Positions 25,901-40,158 of a stretch of 64,000 nt of DNA are shown here, piece by piece. Origin of the DNA: Octopus vulgaris. Taxonomy: Eukaryota. A program made the translations under genes and the position numbers. The notes beneath the pieces were generated by a model, which saw nothing but the letters and a program-made list of their open reading frames with translations, made no database searches and was not told the origin of the DNA. The stretch spans positions 95,666,001 through 95,730,000 of the forward strand of contig OX597817.1 in assembly GCA_951406725.2 (NCBI GenBank). Direction: 5' to 3'. Numbering within the stretch: the first letter of the stretch is position 1; every line of letters begins with the position of its first letter.

Positions 25901-26840
25901 CATATATGGAAGACAAAGCTGAACTAGGAACGCTAATAATTTTTAAAATACCGTTAGGAAATTTGATGTCATAGGACGAAAGAAGAAGAGAAGGAAGAGA
26001 GAAAGAGAGAAAGAGAATTAAAAGAGAAATGGAAATATAAACAAATAGAGAGTGAATGACAGATAGATAGAAAAGGTGAAGGAAAAATAGGAGGTATGGG
26101 ATGAAAGAATAAAGATTAAGTTGCAGATATTACGTAAGAGGTTAGATATTTGAAATAGCAGAAACAGTGTTTTTTTCGAATGTAAACACCCATAAAAACG
26201 TTCTTTATAGTTGTTGACCAGTTTGTGTTTAGAAAATAGTTGTTCGTCCGCACAAAAAGGGCAGAAGGTTTGATACAATTGATACAATTTTCCAATCCAA
26301 AGAAAATTGTTTATTACAGTTTTTGAAATGCCAAATTAGTTTACTAAGACCTGTAGAATTACGATTATGAATGCATTTAAATGTAGAAAGGTGGTTGGCA
26401 AGACCTTTTCTTTTTAATTCTGTGGATGGAATCCAAAATAAAAGAATTCTTCAGATCCTGCAGAAATTTTACATTGGCAAACAACGTTTGTAATTCTGCG
26501 ATTTCCATTGAGAACGCAGTTTTTTAGGGCCACAATTGCAAGGACTATTACTATTGATACTATTATTTAAGGAGAGATTATCGTTGTTATTATTATTAAT
26601 GTTATTAAAGTTATCAAGTGAAACTCATTTACCGTTCAGAATATAATTGTTATGCGAGTATATAATCCGTAGTAGGTTATCGGTGTTGGAGAAGGGTGTT
26701 GAAAATGGAGTCGTACCTGGAATTTTGGGGAAAGTTCCTTTCGATGGTTTGACGAAATAAGTAGGGAAGGTTATTTTTAACTTGTTTTTTGTATGGAACA
26801 ATAAGTCAAATATTTTTACTCGGGTCATGTGATTTGTAGA
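25900..26840 (-). mobile_element. Heavily degenerate PLE 3' fragment (GIY-YIG)
   Basis: Across frameshifts: CNCGPKNCVLNG...NVV.QCKI...FYFG...NH...STGLSKLIWHFK...LDWKI. Confidence 0.6.
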
Positions 26841-27546
26841 GAGATTTCTTATTTTTATATATGAATATGTATATATATATATGTGTGTGTATGTGCGTGT
26901 GTGTGTATTTATATATATATATTTATATATTTATGTATACATATATATATCTTTGATTCCTTCGCTCCTTGTTTTTTTCTCTCTCTCTTCTACTCTACTC
27001 TCACGTGACATGCTGGTCAACTAGCATTTCCGCCGTTGACCGATGCCGTGTCAACACCGTTTTCTTCGTCTGCCGCAAAGGAATTTTTTTCAAAATACGC
27101 CAGCTAAGATAAGTTAAATTGTCTGAAGTCGTAAGACACCCGCTGTTTTTGTCCTGTTATTACCATTCTTGTTTTTAATTTTATTTTTGTTTTTTTGTAT
27201 TTATATTCGTGTGGCATCGTCCGTTTTTCTGTCCTTGTTTCGTATACATTCGATTCTTTTTCCAAGAAATCTAATGCTCGCAGCTTAGTTCTTCCTTGGG
27301 GCTGGCCGGATCGGAGCGATATCAGGATTAATCAGCCGAAATTTGCTAGGATGATCCGGTTCCTGACTGAAGATTAGAGGCTTCGAATGACCCGTCCGTT
27401 TTTTGTGTCGTCTCTTTGTGTATTTTGCATTCTTGTCCCATTTTGTATTTTTATATATAATTTTTATACATATATATATATATATATATCATATATTTTA
27501 CTTTCTTACATCTGTTAAAATGACTCATTGATGAACACTGTTGTTT

Positions 27547-27639
27547 ATATCCTCCTTGATAGGATTGATGCATTTTCCCACATTAATCTTTCTTTCGGAT
27601 TTATTTTAATGCATCTACCGAAACATATGTCGGTGATAT
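27547..27639 (+). ncRNA. Degenerate hammerhead with TTGATA (U3-A8-type) core
   Basis: atcctcc-TTGATA(g)-gg.gatgcatt...aatgcatctacc-GAAA-catatg-TC-ggtgat. Confidence 0.55.
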
Positions 27640-27691
27640 GGTGATATAGAGGATTTAAATAACATCTTTAGCGTTAAATAACATCTAGAGA

Positions 27692-27739
<48 letters not shown>

Positions 27740-27917
27740 ACATATATATGTGTGTGTGTGTGTATTATATTATATTATGCTACATATATACTGTATTATA
27801 ATACATATATGTTATATTATACTCTCTCTCCATATATATATTTTTTCACATATACATACGTGTTTGTTTGTTTGTATGTATGTATCCATAAAAGTAAATA
27901 TTTTGTTTGCTTCGCAG

Positions 27918-28514
27918 AATGCAAGAATAAAGTTGCTGATATTTGGTTCCTTCTTGATTCTTCGTCAAGTATCACAGCAGACAATTTTGGCAAACAAAAG
28001 AACATAATTGAAAATATGGTTGGTATGCTAGATATACATGCCTTAAAAACCCGTGTGGCTATATCGACGTTTAACCATGAATATCAGTCAATTGTAATGT
28101 TTGGCGACACCAACGACAAGCAAGAAGTCATTAAAAAAATTGAGGCAATTGAGTACGTGGGAGGCGGAACTAAAACTGGTAACGCTTTGAAAAAGGTGAG
28201 GACTGAGCTATTCTCATCTGGGACATGGAGACCAAAAGCTGATCACATAATTATCGTATTTACAGATGGTAGGTCAAGCGATTATAAAGAGACCAAAGCT
28301 GAAGCTGAGCTACTCAAGAAATTAAATATAAAGATATTTGCTGTTGGCATTGGTAGCTCAGTTGATCAGATTGAACTGGAAGATATTGCTAGTAAACCAT
28401 TTAACTCTTTCGTACACAACTTTGAAAGCTTTGATGTTCTCTTGAATGAATATGGAATTCTTACACGTATTGCATGCAACGCATCAACTGAGTTATTGCC
28501 CGCAGATGAAGATG
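27918..28514 (+). CDS. VWA-domain exon (complete domain with MIDAS DxSxS)
   Basis: ttcgcag|AA...GATG|gtaaga, 597 nt, phase 1-1. CKNKVADIWFLLDSSSSI...GGGTKTGNAL...VFTDGRS...FAVGIG. Confidence 0.93.
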
Positions 28515-28739
28515 GTAAGATTAAGACATTAATATTTTAATTATATATATTATTAATATTAATTAATTGATAAATAACTTTGAGTATTTTCTTACACACA
28601 AAAGTTTCCTATTCCATTTAATGTTAAACTTACTCTTTAATGAATTCACAATATTCTCTTTAAAACAAAAATATTTCTGACGTGTAGACATGTTAGAAAA
28701 TAGAAATAACACACACATAAACATACACGAACACGCATA

Positions 28740-28824
<85 letters not shown>

Positions 28825-28981
28825 TGTATGTATGTATGTATATGAATATTTATATATATATCGCACACGTGAACACGCGCATACACATTTCGACTAAAAA
28901 TTCTTCAAGGCAGCTACCCCGTCATGGCCGCAGTCTCATGACTGCAACAAGTAAAATATAAAGGATAAAAGATATTATATA

Positions 28982-29197
28982 TAAACAATTGCAACGTGGA
29001 ATGTGTTTATAAGCCATTTAAGAAACACACAAAACCGTTAGATTCATTTCAACATTTAAATTTAATTTGTCAAAATATTTTCGGCGCTTTGAGACTGCGA
29101 CCTGTTGACTGACAAAACTTCGTGCTGCTGCAATTGTTTTCGTTCCAGCACACGATCTCATTTCAAGTCACTCGCTATGCAAGTACATCTCCGTAAT
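28982..29197. repeat. pLTR-like repeat with internal inversion; HHR-like motif at 29066-29116 (-)
   Basis: 28985-29125 is the reverse complement of, and 29125-29197 is direct to, the repeat at 48550-48748. Confidence 0.75.
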
Positions 29198-29205
29198 ATT
29201 ATATA

Positions 29206-29402
<197 letters not shown>

Positions 29403-29510
29403 CATAATGTATATATAGAAAACTGTTCACGTATATTATTATCCTTAGCAATATAGGCAACTCACAAGAGCTGCTGACCAGAGGTAATAATACACATATC
29501 TATGCATACA

Positions 29511-29542
<32 letters not shown>

Positions 29543-29699
29543 AATCAATATAAACAGCTTGGCACAATGTGGTGCCATAAAGGACCTACATGACTAGAAA
29601 TAAGAGTTAAAATACTTTTAATGCTGTAAGAAGAGCATAAGCATATACATATACTGACAAGGGAGGTAACCGCCTCATGACCATCTCTAGGATCACTGG

Positions 29700-29740
29700 A
29701 CCAGGCCTAGTTTCGCCTATACGTAGGCATTGTCAGTGGT
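29700..29740 (-). ncRNA. Degenerate hammerhead
   Basis: acca-CTGACAA-t gccta cgta taggc-GAAA-ctagg-CC-tggt; core and triplet mutated. Confidence 0.45.
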
Positions 29741-30091
29741 AACTTCTCAAACGGCTGATGGTGGATAATTCCAGCTGCCAACATATATATATTTACCATT
29801 GAAATTTATGGATGATTTAGCTAATTAGTATACTAAAAAATAATATAAACAGCTAAGCGTAATGTGATACCATAAAGGAAAAATTTAATCATCACTAAGC
29901 GTGACATGCTCATTTTCTAGATGAATTCAAATTTATCTACAGCGTACCTACACATATGCTCACATTAATTTACATATACACAAGATATAAATGGCTTACG
30001 TTGTATCTGGCGGCGATATATATCATCCGTTGTTCATGAAGCACAGGTCTCAGCTAACTATGAGAACGGTTTAAGAGAAATCAAGCCGTCG

Positions 30092-30219
<128 letters not shown>

Positions 30220-31366
30220 TGTGTGTGTGTGTGTGTGCGCGTCTGTGTAACTATGTGCCAGTGTGTGTGTGTGTGTGTGGTGTTTACTCTGCTCATTGGA
30301 TTAAACCAAAGTGGAGTGGGAATGGGCCTCTATATCCTCTTCTTGCCTCAACCCACTCCTCTTCTTATACCATCAGATATTCATTTGACAAATTCATTTT
30401 CCAATCACACCATCCACTGAGTCATCAAAGCTTGCATCCTTTGTCGGTGTAGAAAAACCTGTAAAGTTACATTATAAAGTAGCCGTGTTTTTATAAACAT
30501 TATTAATATCTGAAGGGTTTCACTTCACCCCACGACGCGATTATATTGATCAGCTGTATTCATAATGTTGAACCTTTCCCATTAGTCTTTAACTGTAAGT
30601 TTATCTTCATCATTAACTACTTTTATTAATCTTTTAAAAGTTTCTCGCAAATAAAATACCTGGAAGTTAACTGATTTGATTATTTGGCCCGAGTAAATAA
30701 ATTGCACTCTACTCTGACATTATAAAAAATATTTAAGTTGGTAAACTGTAAGGAAAAATACGTTGTTGGAACTATTACGTCTGTTACTACAACTTCTGAC
30801 AGCTGAGAAAAATAAACCATGTTAGAGAAGGCTTGTAGTTATTCAAAAATTATTTGAATGCTGAATCAGATATAAATTAAAATACTTATCGTGGCCTCTG
30901 AAAATCCTTGGATTTTCGGAAGCATTTTCTCGAAGGCATGCGCTTCCAGAAAACCCCAGCTTTATCAACATAGAGTACAACATGGCGCACATATTTTTCT
31001 GGCTCGTCAGATTAATTAACAGCAGCCTCTCTATCAGTACAGGCAGCTTCACCGGTCATTTTAAAGTTATACAAAATAAGGTATTTCATAAAATTTTCAA
31101 ACCAGCTTTTACAATCCGAAAAGGTTTTGTGCCAAGAGTTGCACTTTACTGTTTATGAAAATCGACACATAAACTTAACCTTCGCTTCAATGACCATTAT
31201 GTTTATTGGCACATATGTATTAGCATGTCAAGAAATCTCCCTTAAATTAGATTTACTGTTTTAAGTGTGTATGAGTCAAGCAATGAAACCTGTATACGGT
31301 AATACTACCAGCTAGAAATCATCTCCAACGCACATGCTACTGTCTTATATATTATGTATGTCCGAA

Positions 31367-31470
<104 letters not shown>

Positions 31471-31663
31471 CGTCTGTCTGTCTGTCACACACACACACAC
31501 ACACACACATACACACACACACACAATGGTATGCATATATTTCAGTGAAACAAAATATTATTTTAGATTATATTCTGTTTTATCCACGTTCCACAACTAC
31601 ATTTGCTCTGTAATCAGTGAAATAATCGTATTGTTATATACTATCTTTTTCTTTGTATCATAG

Positions 31664-32238
31664 CATGTCAGAGGACCATACCAACGGATGTCATGTTCAT
31701 GGTCGGTAACAATCAGTTTGGTAGTCACAGGACTCAAATTATCTTCGAGGGTATAAAAGCGGCAATGAAGAAAGTTAATAGTGGAAAAAAGTTTCGATTT
31801 GGAACAGTATTTGAAGACTGTCTGCCTAACCAAGATGTTAGAGTTGGAATAACTGGAGAGAAAGAAATCATAAAGAAAACTACCAACTTCATACACGGTG
31901 ATTTTACATCTCTTTTCCGCAAACTGAATTTTAATAATTTCTTGCCAAACTCAAACTATTTTACGCGGCATTTCGGAATGGTATTTATCGACCGTACTGT
32001 GAATTTGAACAATCCAGAAATAACTACTGAAATCCAAAGAATTTTGGTAGATGATATGCTTTTATTTTATATTGTAATCGGAGATGGTGTGAATATGTCT
32101 AAAATTCCTGGCATAGCACCTAAGATGATTATCAAAATACCTTCCTATGAAGCCTTAGTTACAACTTTTCCAGTATTGCTTTCAGATACAATATGCAAAG
32201 CAGCAGAAAGCTCAGGCGGCAGACCAGACATTTCATAA
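31664..32238 (+). CDS. Terminal exon: divergent VWA-like domain without MIDAS
   Basis: tatcatag|CA, phase 1. CQRTIPTDVMFMVG...YIVIGDGV...IC, stop TAA at 32238, AATAAA signals at ~32272-32300. Confidence 0.85.
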
Positions 32239-34988
32239 TTTCGTTTCTTTTATGTGGAAGTAAGATTTATTGAATAAAATTCATTTAAAAAAATAAATAA
32301 ACGTAACTTATTGGAAACATTCCAGACACTTATTCAGTGTAAACCTTTGACTATCATTCACAAAATACAGGCCGTCATATCCCCGAGGACAAAATCTACA
32401 AGAGTTCACTCTTCAATTTATTTAATAAAAAGAGATTTTCTTTGTGCCTTAATTTTTTCAAACAGAAGTGCCATTAATGGAAAACCTTCCATAATGAAAC
32501 CATCAACAACTGAATGATTGATAGTTATATTCAGAATAGAAATAGAATATTTTGATTTGATAAAATTGACTGATAATTATTTATAACTCAGGAATAAAAC
32601 GTTTATCTTCAGTTTTGAAGTTTTATTAAGATATAATTATTTATCGTTTAAAAATACCAGAAAGTATAGTAGTCTCATTGTTTTTGTTTTCTTTAAAACA
32701 TTTCTTCAGATTGTTATTATTTGTTATATGTATAAACGTGTTTTTCACAAAAATATTTAAAATGTGTTTAATATATCATACGAATTTACTTTTGTCATAA
32801 TAGAAAATGCAGTTTATCTCTTGCAATAAATATTTATATGTAACAGTATTTTTGAATATATGAAATTATGTTTACCTATCTAAATTATATTTTTCTCCTA
32901 ATCTTTCCAGCATCAGATTTTAATTGAATTCGGTATTTACTTGTTTGGATGCAAGACTGTATGTTTGTGTATGTGTCTCTATGTATGTTGAGACTAACGT
33001 CACACAAGCACTATAGCTTATGAAAGAGTAATAAAGTATCAGAAAATAATATACATATATACTTTATTGGAAAGCATGTAGGTTAGGAACAAAGCAGTTA
33101 ATTTTAAATATCAACAGTTAGCTCATGCAATCTAATATATATCTATGATATTCAGCTATAATAGACTCGACTAATTAAGTACCATATGATAATTAGTGCT
33201 GCACTTTAGTAAGAATTGATATATAATGCTGCAGTTTAGTAAGAATTTATATATAATCATTGTAAATGCAATATATACAATTGAAACACAATTGTAAAGT
33301 TGTTTCAACATTTCATGGTCTCTATATAGACTTGTTAACGGCTGTTTTCTTAACAAAAGTTTATAAAATGTTAAAAAATGATCTACCAAATCACGTACTC
33401 GAAAAATTTCAGTCAATCAAAATTTTCTATTTTATCGGAGAAAGAAAACAAAAACCTAGGAGGGAGATAAATTTAAAGAATTAGAAATTTATTTAACAAA
33501 ATTTATTTAGAACCTTAGGGAAAAGTTGACATTTGCGGGCAAAGAAACAATTACAACCAGGTTGCGATCCTTTTACATTTCATCATCATTTCATATCACA
33601 GTCTACTTAAAATTGCTTTGAAAAATTGTCGAAGGTTATTTTTCGTGTTTAGCATAAAAACAGAGTTACGAATAAAACTCAATGTTCTTACTGTTTTGCT
33701 TGAAATATTGTTAGTGTTTTTGTTTAGTCTTGTAAAGATACATAAAAAGCTTATGTTGATGTAAAATTGTTTTCGTTTGTTTTAATAAGAAAATTATGAA
33801 ATAGTATATTGTTGACGCTATGCCTCACAATAAAATTTGAAGTCAGTGAAGCTACTGATTTTGTTGCTATTTCTGTATGTACGTGGTTTTAAAAATTTCT
33901 TTGATTTCATTTTAAGATATTTCATTTTAAGATCTGGGTGTTGCATTTGCGATTGATGTTTGGAAGGCATTTTTCTTGTAGTTGTAAGGACTGTGAGAAC
34001 TAGGACTGAATTTTGCTGCGTTAAATATATGTGCCTCTCGCAGATTTAGCTGGTCATTCAGTCTTAGTATTTTTGTTTTGTAGTGTAGGTACACTCGCAC
34101 AAGGGGACTTAATAAGTTCCTTGTGAATGAAAAGGCGTCCATGTTAGGAGACTCGTGATTTAGTGTACGATTCTTGACAGTTGTTTTTGGTAGGGATATG
34201 TGAAATTACAAAATTTGACGCTTTTAACCATGTTTAGGACCCCAGATTCAAATTCATCGAGCAAAGGGTTACAAAGAGTTTTATAAGATTTAAGCTTACA
34301 AGAGCGACGTTTATGTTTGGATACCTCTTTAATGTCGAAGAAGAAAACGTGCAGCCTAATTTTTCTTAAGCCATTAGTCTTCTGAAGAAGAGGTAATAGA
34401 TATGATCCGAGGCGGAATGGAATATCCTTAAGTGAAATATTAAGGGATTGCCTGTCTATATTGTGTAATGCTTATTATTTGTATTCTTGAGCATGCATAC
34501 ATACTTTTACACTTCATCATTTCATATCACAGTCTACATACATGCATACATACATATATACATTCATACATACTGGTTTTAAATGTTGGCACAAGATCAG
34601 CAATTTCGGAGCAGGTAAGTCGATTACATCAACAACAGTGTTCGGTTAATATAATTATTTTATCAATCCCGAAAGGATGAAAGGCAGAGTGCCAGGCTCT
34701 ATCTGCTCTTATGCTGAGTATCTTCCCTTAGATAACATCGGTGGCGTGGAGAGGGCAGACTTGTATACATAGATGATAGGTAGTCTTCCTTCAAAACAAG
34801 ACCCTGTGCAGATGTTGCAGATATACGGTTAACTCTAATCGGCGCAGACCCCTAGGAAATGGAAAATGAAAACCTATCACTTTCTTTCAGAGACCTGCAA
34901 TAGTGAATACAATTTCTACACATCTGCTTCTTATCCAGAATTCATATACAAGCAAGACTTTACTGATATCTTGCATTGAGATAGCAGC

Positions 34989-37900
34989 TGTTACACATTC
35001 ATATCTATGTGTATACGTGCATCCCCACTCTTGGCACTATTTTGTTAGTGAATAGTACAAACTGTGTGTAAAGTATATAATGTATTACTACGCTGAAGTT
35101 GAGTCCGTGTAACATGAGCAGTAAATAAACACGTAACAATAACAATGGTCTTCATCTGGTTGTCTATCCCATTAGAACACAAACTACACATAACATGGTG
35201 GCAGCGGTAAATAATTAAACGGAAACTGTGCCTTTACAACAAATCAGAAACGCAACGAACCAGGAAAGTAACAAACAAAACATCGCTTCGTCTTCGGACA
35301 ACATACACGACGATCCAAGATGGCGCCCCCCGTCGCCGTACAGATGAATCTACATCCGATTATGGATTGGGGCTCCGATGATATTTTGGAAGCATTTAAA
35401 AAGTTTAAACAGAAAACTCAACTAGCTTTCAAAAGTTTCCTGAAAGACACAACTGACGATGAGAAGGTAAGCTATATCCTTTTATGGTCAGGTAATAAAG
35501 GAATAGACCTATTCAATAGCTGGGATATGTCAGAATCGGACTGCAATAACCCAGACACACTTCTTGAGAAATTTGAAAGGCACCTAGAGCCCAGGTCGAA
35601 CCATAGAATTCACAGATACGAATTCCAGGGCCTGAAACAAGACCCACAAGAAACAATTGACAATTTCCAGTCAAGACTGAAAAATGTTGCAGAGAAATGC
35701 AAATTCAAAGACAGGGAGGAGAGAATTGTAGACCAATTAATATGGGGGTGTGCCCACAAAGAAGTACAAAAATCACTAATTGGTAAGGACGCTCTCCAGT
35801 TGGTAGAAGCAGTAGACACTGCAAGAGCATTCGAAGCCACTACCAAACAAATGGCCTCATTTAGCTTACAAACAAGCTCACTAGATAGCAGTGTAGATAC
35901 TGTATCTAGGCACAGGACACTTACCCACAAACAAAGAACATACCAGTACTGTGGTACAGAGCATGAATTTAATAACCGAAAAAAATGTCCTGCATTCGGT
36001 ACACACTGCAAAGCATGTGGAAAACTTAACCACTGGGAAAAAATGTGTAGGTTAACAAAATCCCAGAAATACAAGCCCCAATTTTCAAAGAGGAGCAGAA
36101 ATAGAAGAGATATACATGCACAACAACAGGAAAAAAACATCTCAGAGGAGGAATTCTTGGCAGTCGGCATAATAAATGTGCATGAGATGGGAAAGGACGA
36201 CCGGAAGAAAGAAGATGAAGCATACACGACAATAAGAATTCAAAAGAAGGCCGGAAGGAAAAGAACAAACATAGACTTAAGGCTGAAGATAGACACTGGG
36301 GCCCAGAGTGATATCTTGCCTGTCAGATTATACAAGAAGATGTTCCCAGAAAATATGACAGAAGAGGATAGGGTCAGGAAAGGAATCCTCACACCAAGTG
36401 ATGTGGTCCTCACTGCGTACGGAGGAACCAGGATTCCACAACTGGGTAAAACAACTATCACAGGGACACACAAAGGAAAAATAATTAAGTGTTCTTTTTA
36501 TGTCACAAGAACAGAAGGCCCAGCAATTCTTGGACTCGATACCTGCAGGAGGTTAAATATTGTGTCGGTCAATGCTGAAGTGAAAGCAGCTCCAAGCAGG
36601 ATTGACAGTGATATGCCTATCAAAGACCGACCACCAATCACAAACAAACAGGAAATGGAAGGACTAAGCAGAAAGGTCCACCACATTGTAAATGTGACAA
36701 CCAATAATCTAGTGGAAATCAAAGAGGAGACCAGCAAAGATGAAGAACTTCAGCTCCTTACACAGATGGTGATTCAGGGGTGGCCAGAAAAGAGACATCA
36801 GGTACAGCCCCTAATTCGTGAATATTGGGCCATCCATAATGATATATCAGTGGAGGATGGAAACCTGATGGTTGGATCCCGAATAATTATACCTAAGTCA
36901 ATGCAAGAAGAGATTCTTGACAAGATCCACCAAGGGCATCTCGGAATGGAAAAATGCAAGCTCCGAGCCAAGTCAGCAGTATATTGGGTAGGCATGTATA
37001 AAGACATGGAAAAGACAGTTTCTACAAGCCACATCTGTCAAAAGTACAGAAACTCACAACAAAAGGAAGAAATGATATCTAGTGACATCCCAAGAAGGCC
37101 ATGGCAAACTATTGGAGTAGATCTGTTCACAGAGGGCCAAGAATGGTATTTGATAATGGCCTGCTACTACTCCAAATTTCCATTTGTGAGAAAAGTGAAA
37201 GACCTGACAGCCAAAACAATCACCACAGTAGCTCGAGGACTTCTAGCAGAGCAAGGAATACCAGAGCAGATCATGTGTGACAATGGAACCCAGTTCACAT
37301 CACAAGAATTTAAAAAGCTAACCGATGAGTATGTGTTCAATATTACAACTTCATCTCCACACTATCCCAAAGGCCATGGGTTTATAGAAAGACAGGTGCA
37401 GACAGTGAAGAGAACACTAGTCAAATGTCGAGAGACTAAGGAAGACCCACACCTGGCACTTCTGTCCCTACGAGCGACACCACTGAGAGCTGATATGAAA
37501 TCCCCAGCAGAATTGCTGAATGGCAGGAAGTACAAAACTACCCTGCCAACTAAGATCCAACCTCCTATTGACCAGGAAGAGACAAGGGAAAAGCTAGCAG
37601 CCACTCAAGAACAATCACAGAGCTATTACAACAAACATGCACAATATTTACCTGAGATACTTGGAGGACAACATGTGCATACTCAAGATCCCATAACTAA
37701 AACATGGATCCCAGCACAGGTTGTCAGTAGAGCTGAAACTCCAAGATCATATATAATAGAAACGGAATCTGGTAGGCAGCTGAGACGCAACAGGGCCCAC
37801 ATCCGCCCAACACCAGAACTGTTGAGGACAACGTGTACAACACCTGCTGCATTAGTGACAACACCCACAGAATCATCACCCCAACGTGCACAAACCACCT

Positions 37901-38388
37901 ATCAGCAGCCCAACAACACACCTCAGACACCGGTGCGAAGCACAAGATCCACCAGATGGAGAAAGAACATTCTGCCACCGGTTCGATACCGTTAAAGAAA
38001 AAAAAAGAAAATGAAAAGAGAAGTATCTAATTCAGCTAGACTTTAAAGCAGAGGCAGAATAATCTCACGACTTCTGCTGTAGGATTGCCACCTCAGGCTG
38101 ACAATCCATAGAGCAACGGAGACTACTCATAATTGTCTTCACTGCCAAAAGACCCCTCTTTTTTTTCAAGAAGAAGGGATGTTACACATTCATATCTATG
38201 TGTATACGTGCATCCCCATTCTTGGCACTATTTTGTTAGTGAATAGTACAAACTGTGTGTAAAGTATATAATGTATTACTACGCTGAATGTCGAGTCCGT
38301 GTATCATGAAAAGTCAATAAACACGTAAACAATAACAATCGTTTTCAATTGGTTGTCTATCCCATTAGAACCCAAACTACACATAACA
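34989..38388 (+). mobile_element. Complete Gypsy-type LTR retrotransposon lacking RT/RNase H (non-autonomous)
   Basis: LTRs 34989-35195 and 38180-38388 (TGTTA...TAACA). 5-bp TSD GCAGC (34984-88, 38389-93). PBS TGGTGGCAGCGGT at 35196 (complement of tRNA-Leu 3' end). PPT aagaagaaggga at 38168-38179. Confidence 0.95.
35320..37995 (+). CDS. Gag-protease-integrase polyprotein (891 aa), no RT/RNase H
   Basis: CCHC CKACGKLNHWEKMC; protease KIDTGA; IN Zn region HQGHLG and core VDLF / CDNGTQF / FIERQV; no YxDD motif. Confidence 0.92.
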   Translation: MAPPVAVQMNLHPIMDWGSDDILEAFKKFKQKTQLAFKSFLKDTTDDEKVSYILLWSGNKGIDLFNSWDMSESDCNNPDTLLEKFERHLEPRSNHRIHRYEFQGLKQDPQETIDNFQSRLKNVAEKCKFKDREERIVDQLIWGCAHKEVQKSLIGKDALQLVEAVDTARAFEATTKQMASFSLQTSSLDSSVDTVSRHRTLTHKQRTYQYCGTEHEFNNRKKCPAFGTHCKACGKLNHWEKMCRLTKSQKYKPQFSKRSRNRRDIHAQQQEKNISEEEFLAVGIINVHEMGKDDRKKEDEAYTTIRIQKKAGRKRTNIDLRLKIDTGAQSDILPVRLYKKMFPENMTEEDRVRKGILTPSDVVLTAYGGTRIPQLGKTTITGTHKGKIIKCSFYVTRTEGPAILGLDTCRRLNIVSVNAEVKAAPSRIDSDMPIKDRPPITNKQEMEGLSRKVHHIVNVTTNNLVEIKEETSKDEELQLLTQMVIQGWPEKRHQVQPLIREYWAIHNDISVEDGNLMVGSRIIIPKSMQEEILDKIHQGHLGMEKCKLRAKSAVYWVGMYKDMEKTVSTSHICQKYRNSQQKEEMISSDIPRRPWQTIGVDLFTEGQEWYLIMACYYSKFPFVRKVKDLTAKTITTVARGLLAEQGIPEQIMCDNGTQFTSQEFKKLTDEYVFNITTSSPHYPKGHGFIERQVQTVKRTLVKCRETKEDPHLALLSLRATPLRADMKSPAELLNGRKYKTTLPTKIQPPIDQEETREKLAATQEQSQSYYNKHAQYLPEILGGQHVHTQDPITKTWIPAQVVSRAETPRSYIIETESGRQLRRNRAHIRPTPELLRTTCTTPAALVTTPTESSPQRAQTTYQQPNNTPQTPVRSTRSTRWRKNILPPVRYR

Positions 38389-38572
38389 GCAGCCAAATCT
38401 CTCTTCTATAAGAGAGGTAATATTTATCACCATTTAAACGTGGATGATCAGTCAGAGCAAATTATACCGCGGTAGTTACCATGAGAAAGCCTCGCATTGG
38501 CTTTTGATGCAGAATGCATTCTTTTTTAAATAAACAAAAATACAACAGCAAACAAAACAAAAACAACAACAA

Positions 38573-38760
38573 AAAAGATATATGTACGTGCACACATATT
38601 TATGTATATTAGGTCATCCCATAAGCAACGTCCGAATTTTGAGTAAGGAAAAAACTGATCTAATTTTACATTTTATCGAAATTTAATCCTGTATATAATT
38701 TCTATCATTATTGAGGACTTCTTTCCATCTACTCATCCGGTTTTTAATTCCACTGGTGAA
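38573..38760 (-). repeat. Near-identical inverted copy of mariner 3' end plus flank (41882-42069)
   Basis: Contains the TIR tattaggtcatcccataagcaacgtccg and about 35 bp of flank. Confidence 0.9.
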
Positions 38761-39428
38761 AGCTCTTTTGGTCTTTATGGTATCTACCGCAGTCTACTCA
38801 GCTGGCAAAAATTAGTGGTACCTGTATTTCAAGGGACCAGCCTTGTCACATTCTGTGTCATGTTGAGAACTACGTTAAGGGTACACGTGTTTGCGGAGTG
38901 CTAAGCCACTTGCATGTTAATTTCACGAGCAGGCTTTTCCGTTGATCGGATCAACTGGAACCCTTGTCGTCGTAACCGATGGAGTACCAGTTTTTCTATC
39001 TACCCCAGAATACTTTGTTCTAACAGAATATTTACGTCTAAGTGGGGATAAATATTACCTCTGGGTATTAATACTGTCTCTGTCACTATAAGAGTTTTGA
39101 GTACAGATAGTACCTTCATTATCATAAGCAACTCGGGCGCACTCGGTAACCACAGAAGTATGTTTGTATATATACATTTATAAGTGTGCGCGTGTGGTGT
39201 TTTCAGTGTGTTGCGTATGTATACTTGCGCGTCAGTTTGTATGTATGTATGTATGTATGTATGTATGTATGTATGTATGTATGTATGTATGTATGTATGT
39301 ATGTATGTATGCATGCATGCATGTAAGCTTTTCATTGGGGTATGTTCTCGTAATTCAAGTTAGTCATAATATAGAGACAAGGGTTCTTTGTTCGAATCAA
39401 AACTGTTCGAGAGATGTCTGTCTATCTA

Positions 39429-39513
<85 letters not shown>

Positions 39514-39996
39514 CTCCCGCCCCCTCTCTCTCTCTCTATATATATATATATGAGTTAATGCGTGTATGTAAGCATTTATATATGTATGTACTTAATTGTG
39601 TGTTGTGTATAAAAGAACATGAACAAGAATGGAGAAAAAATATATACACATACATAGACACACACGTACAATCGGAGAGAGAAGTGCAAGTCACATGTAT
39701 ACATACTAAGGTGTGCATCATTTTGTAACATTTGAGTGTATGTGTGATTATGCGTGCGTGTGCATACAATGTTTATGCATGAGATTATATGCAAATGTTC
39801 ATTGTAGGAATGTCAAAGGACGAAGTTTGGAATGCTTTAAAATTACTCACCCCACCACTACTCGTGTGGATTTAGTGAATGCTAGACAGTTTATTTATTC
39901 TTTCTTGTTTGTTTAATGTAAATCTGTTGTTAGATAGCCCTATGCAACAATTGAGAATCCATAGCCAGTATGTCCCGTTTTAACTGACCATAGGTG

Positions 39997-40032
<36 letters not shown>

Positions 40033-40077
40033 TTCTTTCACTCATTCATTGTTTTCTTCTTTTCTTCCTCCCTCCCT

Positions 40078-40158
<81 letters not shown>

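Noticed and set aside
27360-27410. ctgaaga motif (also 34382, 20746, 58256) as hammerheads
   Set aside because: No properly placed GAAA, stem III or stem I partner.
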